Of a stretch of DNA of 64,000 nt, positions 56,285 through 64,000 are shown piece after piece. A program made the translations under genes and the position numbers. Position 1 is the first letter of the stretch. Each line of letters starts with the position of its first letter. The stretch is from Bugula neritina (lineage: Eukaryota; Animalia; Bryozoa), in the NCBI GenBank assembly GCA_964035545.1, contig OZ037767.1:9310581-9374580 (forward strand), in the 5' to 3' direction. The notes under the pieces are model-generated. The model worked only from the letters and a program-made list of their open reading frames with translations, was not told the origin of the DNA and made no database searches.

Positions 56285-57615
56285 GTTACTGCACACTCAT
56301 AAGGCTCAAAGTATACATCTTGAAAATCAGTGTCATCAATAAATACTCCTCTGTGTGAAATTCCTTGAGATGATTTGATTTCAAGAAAACAATAAAAGGA
56401 TTTAAGAATAGGAAGTGGTTTATTATCAATTAGGAACACACAGATAAACTAGCAACTATGATTTACTATAATTTGATTCTTGACATACTGTGCTATCTAC
56501 TATATGTGAAGTTGCATTAATTTCTCTTTCTAATATACTACAGTGTATAAAAATCTTCATTAGGCATACACTATACTACTGTAGACAACATTTATCTGTT
56601 CCATCACAGTATTTACCAACTTTGTGCCAAGTGTAGCCTTGTGTATTGGTAGTCTGTTACAGCAGACTAAAAGAATAATGTTCTTCTCATCTTTTGTGCT
56701 GTACTCTGAAATACCATTCACCTTGAACTAAAGGCTTCAAAGCCAGCAATTTATTTGTTTGGTTGCCAAAGAAATGCCTTATTAGGTAAAACTGTTTATA
56801 TGTAAGTTTATTAATATTCAAAAACTTTCACCTGTTTAGGCCATTTAAATAAGGACAACAACATTTCAGATGCAGATTATATTTTAGCTCTGTTATAACC
56901 ATTTATATTATCAGGAAGTTAGACTATATTTAAATTGTTGAAACTAGTTTTAATTGGTTAGTTGTGGCAGCCTAAAAGCACATGTTATGATTTGCAGAAA
57001 AGAAAATATTGATTTGTGGGAAAGTTTACTTCTACACAACTATAAAAGAAAACTGAATTTCTTTCATAAAATTTACACGCAGTATTGGTACTCTAGCAAA
57101 GAATAATGTACTAATAAAGAAATTGCTAAACTATTAAAGACTATTATTTTATCTGAAATAATCATTTTATTTAACAAAAGGTATGTATAAATACTCCAAA
57201 AAATTCTATTTTTAGGAATTATGCTTCCAATTTGCAGAAGATATGTCTGTATCCTTTCTGCTAGAGAGGTCTATTTTAATCTGTTTCATTAGTAGTAGCT
57301 CAAAACTACATAGAATACATGTTGTTGAGTATCATAATGTATGCAGTGTTTATGTGCATTCATTGGTGCTTAACTTACAGTGACAGGTTTTTTTAAATAT
57401 TTTATATATTGAAGAAGTCTCTTGACAACGCAAAAACTTTTTAATGTGTTTTTGGTAAATAATAAACAGAGATTCACACTAGCTTTAGACTCAATGCTGT
57501 TTGTAAAGTTGGACAGTCAGCAAAGTTCTGATTATTATGTCTGGTGAGATGCACTAGCTCGTCTTTGTACAGTTGTGACCACCTAACGTATGTTTTACAG
57601 GATTTTTGAAGGAAG

Positions 57616-58392
57616 ATGCTCACCATAAGGACTATGCTAGCCATAGCTGTTTTGTTCACTTTACTGATGTCGTCAGAGCTAACTGCTTTTAATCCTGTTA
57701 TCACAACTCCTATTTACGTGCCAAGTGGTGGTAGCAGAGAAAATGTTACCCGGAATATACAAGAGTATGTGTCAAGACTCGTGACTTACTACCAATGGAC
57801 CAACAGACCAAGGTAACATATTACACATACATACATGCATGCGTAAGTATGTACATATGCACATTATAGCACACGCATACTGTATACATGCATATGATAA
57901 TTATGCATTTGCATTACATACATAGTACGTATACAAATATACATGCATGTACACTTATGTGTACAGGTGTGTGCATGCGTGTGTAATATAATGCATAAAT
58001 ACTAATGTTCAAGTGAGTCTACAGAGTAAAACTATTATTGCAGATTTTCAAGAAGTAAAGGAGTCTCCAATTTTTAAATTTATATATTATATCCCTTGCA
58101 GCATGTTGTACACGTAGAATTCCCCATAGTTACTTCATATTCTATTTAAACTCTAATATTGGTAAACTTATAAAATGTTGATTAGCTAAATTTTTCAATT
58201 AGTTTGTGTAGCTCAGCATTTAGGGCGCTTCAGATCAAGGGCTAAAGTTTTACTATGGCTTTGGCATCACTCACTGTATGAAATCTAGACTGGCCAGTCA
58301 CTGTATAAAACCAATGCTGTGTCTGCAGGTTAGGCAAAAGAAGTCTATCTCACATATTTGGTTGGATCAAAAAACTTAGAAATCCGAGTTGA
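57616..58392 (+). CDS. NPF: NPY/NPF-like neuropeptide precursor 1 (predicted mature peptide FNPVITTPIYVPSGGSRENVTRNIQEYVSRLVTYYQWTNRPRL-amide)
   Basis: Exons 57616-57812 and 58329-58392. Signal peptide MLTIRTMLAIAVLFTLLMSSELTA; Tyr at -10 and -17 and Leu at -13 from the amidated end; RPR|L-G-KR with a phase-2 intron splitting the last Arg codon (AG|gtaac...ctgcag|G); short C-terminal peptide SLSHIFGWIKKLRNPS-stop; acceptor gttttacag| 15 nt upstream of the ATG implies a non-coding first exon. Confidence 0.88.
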
Positions 58393-60369
58393 AGAATCTC
58401 ATCCTTTCTATTTTTAGAACAAGGTTACAGACAGTTAAAATAGTTGACTATCTGTTATAGACATTTAACTGATTAGTATGTAATGTAAAACAGTTTTGAA
58501 TTGCATTGCTATATAATACAGTTTTGTAATTATTATGTGTATAAGGGAAATCTAAGAGTGAAAGGTAACTCAGTTTATTAGGGATTTGAAAATAACATTC
58601 AATAATGTATTTTGTGACTTGCAATTCAGGCATGAGTAAAATAAAAATCAATTACAATTGTCTAACACTTTTATTTTAATTTAATCTTAAGCAAGCTCAT
58701 TTCAAGCTGCACTCATAAGTCAAATAAGGAAAATACAAGTACACAATACAAAATGTACAATAATTTATATTCTTAGAAGTTTTAAAGTTGATTTCAGGCA
58801 TTCCTTTGTAAATAAAACAAAACATTAAATAGAGCTAAAATATGATAACATTGACTATTACAGTGACTATGTTTATAATTAAATTATATTATAAATATAA
58901 TTATATTATATTATTTTTAATGAACAGTTCTTTTTGTTAAAGGAAAATGAACAATCTACGTGTTCACTGCTTGCAATAAAAAGTTGATGTTATGTTGCAT
59001 TTCGTTAAAACTGAAAACATGTAGAAATAGCTTTTGCTTACATCTGGTGTAAATTGAAATTTCATATTATATTCTTTGTTAATGTGCATTATGGAAAGCA
59101 TAGTTGCGTAAAGTTGAGCCAGGGAGTGTTGGTATTGCTAGTACATCTGACTAAAAGTGTTAGTATTATCTAATATTACTAATACTACCTAAATTACTAG
59201 TCAATAGTTATATAATTTTGAATTTGGCAGTTGTCTTTCCTTGCCACGCATAGAGAGCACATTACTATAATTGAAGAAATTTAGCTTCAGGAATACGAAT
59301 TAAAGTGTGTGGATTGCATCATAACTAGAATAATATAAAGTTATATGAGACAGTTTGTGTGGAATAGAGTGGTACAGTTATATATGGAGCTTCTGGACAT
59401 ACAGATCTTGTGTGTAGATAGAGTTTGGTTATTGTGCAAGATTGTGAATGAATAGAAAAACTTAATGTCTTGGAGCATGTTAAATCTCAGCCCAGAATTT
59501 TAGACTGTGGAACACTGCCAGACAAATATCTTAGCCCGGGGTCCTAACTCTTTCTGCAGGTTGACAGGAGCTGGAGTTACCTCGATAGCTATAACAAGCC
59601 ATAACAAAAGTAACATCAACTGCTACTATTATTATCTGTAGTAATGTTAGTAATACTATACTATGATTACTAGTGCTACTTTTTATTCATATATATAGTG
59701 GTGCTAGAGATACATTGAGTGTCAAAGTTTTGTAATTTCCTGTCAAAAATTATAGTTTAAAAGGTTTTAGATATAAAAACCAAAAAAGCTAACAACATTT
59801 ACTAAACTCAACTAAAACTGCAATTAAATTGAACAACAGTTTATTTACTGTTAATTTGAAAATTATGAGGTTTTTAAAATTTAACCATCTTTCTTCATTT
59901 TTTTTAATTTTCAATACCATGCAAAATAAATATTCAAGTAATGCCACCCTGATTATTTTAAAATACTAGTTTTTATAAAAGATTAGTACATCTTATAATT
60001 ACAACACAGTCCAGCTCTATTTGGAATATAATTATTTGGGTTGCCACTATTAAATTGTGGGAGTTGTCAGCACTTTATAAATTTAAATTCTATTGTAATA
60101 ATTCATATTATTTCTACTATAGGCATGGCTAAATTTCACTAACGGTAACTATACTTTTAAAATAAGTCTCTTTCATGGGTAGGTTGGCTGAGAGAACTAG
60201 GTAGTTGGTTTTATAGATGCGGAACTTTCGCTTTGCTACTAACATCCATTAGAGAGTACAGGCGGCATCTCCAGAAATCGAAAGTGTTTTCGCATTTCTA
60301 TCAGGTGTGTGTGTTGGCTGTTGCTGTATGATGCGATCATTGCACGCATGTGTTGACAGCTAGGCAATG

Positions 60370-60632
60370 GATGTATTACATGTACTATTAGTGTGTATTG
60401 CATGTACTGTTAGTGGGCATTGCATGCACTATCAGTGTGTATTAAATGCACTACCAGTGTGCATTAAATGTACTACCAGCGTGTATTAAATACGCTACCA
60501 GTGTGTATTAAATACACTACCAGTGTGTATTGCATGCACTACCAGTGTGCATTGCATGCACTACCAGTGTGTATTACATACACTACCAGCGTGTATTACA
60601 CACACTACCAGTGTGTATTGCATGCACTACCA
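60370..60632. repeat. 22-bp minisatellite between the two NPF-like genes
   Basis: cactaccagtgtgtattgcatg units, x about 11. Confidence 0.9.
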
Positions 60633-60917
60633 TTTGGTCAAGAAGGAAATCTAGTTAGACATAGCAACATACTGTAGCCAGAAAGCAGGAAAACCTTGCT
60701 AAGTGAATGCAGCCATACAGAGTGTAAGCTTGACAATTCTATAAAGAAAAGTAATTAGATAGAGCATGCAATTGTTCTAGAACAAGCATTAATTATGCTT
60801 AACATCTTAAAATCAAAACAAAAATTAGCCTCCCATGTCTAATTACTTAATTTTCAGCCAAGGTTGTTCTGCAGGTATTGCATTGCTGTAATTAAGCATG
60901 ATAAATGTTGAGCTGTG

Positions 60918-61158
60918 ATTGGTCAATTATAACTAGCATTAATTAGGCAGCGGCCTAATGCTGTATAAAAGTTGAAAAATATTCTGTATAAAATTAGTTG
61001 GCTTCATTTTCTTGCCAAGCATTGGCTCATTAACCTAGAGCTATCTACCTTTCACAAGTATACAGTTACTGTTGAAGTGTTGAAGTGTTGAAGGGTTGAA
61101 GTGTTGAAGTGTTGAAAACTCAACTTGTTGCAAGTTTCTAGAGATATTTTATTAAGAG
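60918..61158 (+). promoter_or_regulatory. Candidate promoter and non-coding first exon of NPF-like gene 2
   Basis: GATTGG at about 60917, TATAAAA at about 60964 and about 60987, donor AAGAG|gtgagg at 61158/61159, acceptor tgttttag| at 61451; short (GTTGAAGT)n at 61071-61115. Confidence 0.5.
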
Positions 61159-61470
61159 GTGAGGGCTCTAACTTATTCATTCTGCTGTTATTTAGTAAGA
61201 AATTGAATTTTATAAGACAAGCAGGGATAATGCTGCCACTTTTAATTCATTTAATTATAGTTTTATTAGATCACCTAAATCCAATTACACTTATAATGAG
61301 AATTGATAGGTTGCCGGTCCACATAAGTGATGGGACTTGTATAATCATAGAGAGAAAACAGAAGTATATGAGTAGATTTGAGTAGATTCTCATTCACAGC
61401 TAGCATTCAATTTATTGACCAAAGTATATAAATATGTGTTTCGTGTTTTAGCATTGCTTCGAAGTCAAAA

Positions 61471-61916
61471 ATGAGACAAGGAATAGCTTGGCTTCCTATC
61501 TTCAGCACATTCACCTTTGTGGTGCTATACATGATAGAGCAGGCACACACTTTAGACATTGTAGTTCAGGGACCAACAACTCCTGCTAATGGATTTAGGA
61601 GCAGACAACAGCTAATAGATTTCCTGCGAAGACAGCACATGTACGACATTATCTCAAATGGTTCCAGGTGAGTAGCTTTCCTTTCTGACTACCTGCTTAC
61701 GTTCTGCTAATGCATGTTGCTGGCATGTCACAAAGTCTGTGTCATGGAATCTCTCTATTTCCAGACTTGGTAAAAGAGTTCCATCTGTACATGGAGGTAT
61801 TCCACAGTATACGGAGAGCACAACTCTATTAAATAGCTATGGTTATAATAGCAACAAGGGGCTGCTCTACAGTTTACTTACCAAACTTATACCAAAAGAT
61901 GACTCTAGGCCTCACT
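61471..61916 (+). CDS. NPF: Divergent NPY/NPF-like neuropeptide precursor 2 (predicted mature peptide ...GPTTPANGFRSRQQLIDFLRRQHMYDIISNGSRL-amide); 3' end uncertain
   Basis: Exons 61471-61667 and 61765-61916 (probable donor CACT|gtaagt; unspliced frame would end at 61993). Signal peptide; PxxPxxxFxSxxxLxxFL PP-fold pattern; Tyr -10, Phe -17, Leu -20; SR|L-G-KR with the same phase-2 intron in the Arg codon (AG|gtgag...ttccag|A). Confidence 0.8.
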
Positions 61917-64000
61917 GTAAGTTATCTGCCTTCAGAGGCATTATATTTTATTATATTTTACTTTATTTTATTGCTTACACTGCCTTCTTTTAGGTGCATA
62001 TGCACAAAATATTAATTTTAACAGCTTTTCTGTGAGCCATATTGTTTGTGTTTTAAACCAACCAAATCTACTGGTCTGATTGTCTGTTGGGCAAAATTAT
62101 CTGAAGTCCAGTTGTCTGTTGGGCGAGACTGTCTAGAGTCTGATTGTCTGTTGGTGGAGGTTGTCTGAAGTCTGATTGTTTTTAGTCTGGTTGTCGGGAC
62201 ATTTTACAAGCTGAAACAGATGACTCATAACAACGTGAAGTCATTAGGTTTAGCTATTGTCTTTAGGGTCTAGTGTAAACCATGGCTATATATCATAATG
62301 AATTCTAATCATTAAACATATTGTAATAATCTGTAATATGATGGTGAATAATTCACAAATACTTCAATCTCATTAATAACTGCACTCTCTAGCAGACTCA
62401 GAAACACTATAATGCTGCCTTAGGGTTACTGCTGACTTAGCAATAATTAGAACCATGTGGTACATGATGCAAGCCATTTAGTGCTAGCTGAGACTAAAGG
62501 CACTCATAGAACCCATTTAGCCAAGAACAACATACGTAGTAAACCCGTACACTAAACAAGTGTAGAGAATATTACCTCTGTACCTCTCTTGCTATTATTA
62601 CAAGGCTAAAGTATTTGTTAAGTAAAAACAGTAAAACTTTATAGAAGACATCACTGAACATTAGCTAGCCTAAAGTGGTAGACGACTCCTGTGACATTCT
62701 GCTTGATTCAACTGGATTGCTGCTAGCAATATGAATACTCAAGGGTGTACCCACATTATGTGACCTCCTCATTATTTGACTTGCATATCGGCACACTTTT
62801 TAAATGTTGAAGTAAATAAGTTTTTCGGCTGTTTCAAGTTAAAACAATATTTGAAAAGCATGCACTGAATTAGATGTGATGGTAATTTCAAACTTAGATA
62901 TAATTTTTTACATAAAGTTTACACAATTGTGCTTTGCGCTATAAATAGACTACAGATGGCAGCAGCTTTATGTCAATTAAAAGTATGAGCTGCTAAGTTA
63001 AAAAGTAAAGCTGTTGTGTTATTTTTGTCTTGTAGTACTATTTGTTTAGTAAACCACTTGATATCAATTGATTAGCAATAATGGCTGTAAAATCTCCATA
63101 TTTTATTTCAACTTAAACTTGGAAGTTTGGTCCATAAAAGCAAAGCTTTACATAAACTGCTCCAATATGACGTCTAATAGCGGCTATAGCATACGTTGTT
63201 AGAGGTGGTTAAAGAGTGATAAAGTGTGTGTGACACAGTTTTTATGCAAGCAATTTTCCTTCAGCACTTGGTCATAAACAGAAAAATATACGTTTCTAAC
63301 AATGATGAAAGAATAAGCTGAGAGGCTGTAGGGTTGTGACTATGTGAGAGGGTAGAGAGACTGTCCCCATCAAGGTGCAGGAAATATACTATTAGATAAT
63401 ACTCAGAAGGTTAGGTTACGCCCAAAGCAATTGAGCAGGCAGCTTTAAAACAGTTTCGCTATAATATCATGATTTTTGAATAGGATGAGAGCCAGGAGTA
63501 ATAGTGTTCAGGTATTCAAGACTAAGACCCGTCTGCTTTGGTCTTCTCAGGGTTTTCAGACCAGAAAACCGGGTCCAATAATATTTTCCTTGAAGTTGAG
63601 CTTATAGTAACTTGAGGTGATATTGACTCGGGTCATTAGATAAATCATAGTAATAAAGGGCAATTACTAGTACTATGTTAGCTGGGTATCCACAGCACAT
63701 AACTGCACTCTAGAGGTCGGGGTGGTGTAGACACCCACAGTTTGTAGACATCTTGCACTCAGTCTTGCTGCATAATTACAGGCCGTTGTGCAAAATGTTG
63801 ATGAAGTAAATTACAGGTGAATCCTGTATAACTGGAAACCATTGTTTCAATTCGCAGACTTCACTGAATGAATATGTCCCTGGAGTGTCATTGACTAGCC
63901 TAGTCGCATTTCTACCTTTCTTTTATTTTCTTTGTTCTAGGATCCTGGGCCAAGATTAAATCTGATCACACAACCTTCTCTCAGCAGCTGGTGATATAAT

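Overview
AT-rich, intron-dense genomic DNA from an invertebrate animal (species not determinable from the sequence); nothing here is prokaryotic, so most of the ORF track is noise or partial exons. By hand-splicing at GT-AG junctions with consistent phases I reconstruct five genes. (1) The 5' seven coding exons of a Munc18/ROP/STXBP1-family gene (minus strand, runs off the left end). (2) Head-to-head with it, a complete VPS13A/C-type lipid-transfer gene (plus strand, 7288-51007, about 69 coding exons, about 3240 aa). (3) Tail-to-tail with VPS13, an unrecognised gene (minus strand, 55061-51364) for a small protein with signal peptide, Cys-rich/EGF ectodomain, probable TM segment and a Gly/Met/Pro-Arg low-complexity tail, built partly from tiny exons. 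(4, 5) Two tandem NPY/NPF-type neuropeptide precursor genes with the diagnostic phase-2 intron in the last Arg codon but unusual Leu-amide ends (RPRLamide, GSRLamide). The introns hold several MITEs, two related tRNA-derived SINE copies and many locus-specific minisatellites. Many of these arrays abut exon borders and several are amplifications of the splice junction itself, including an in-frame 5x51-bp exon-end repeat that creates a ladder of alternative donors. Exon boundaries are manual predictions with no transcript support.
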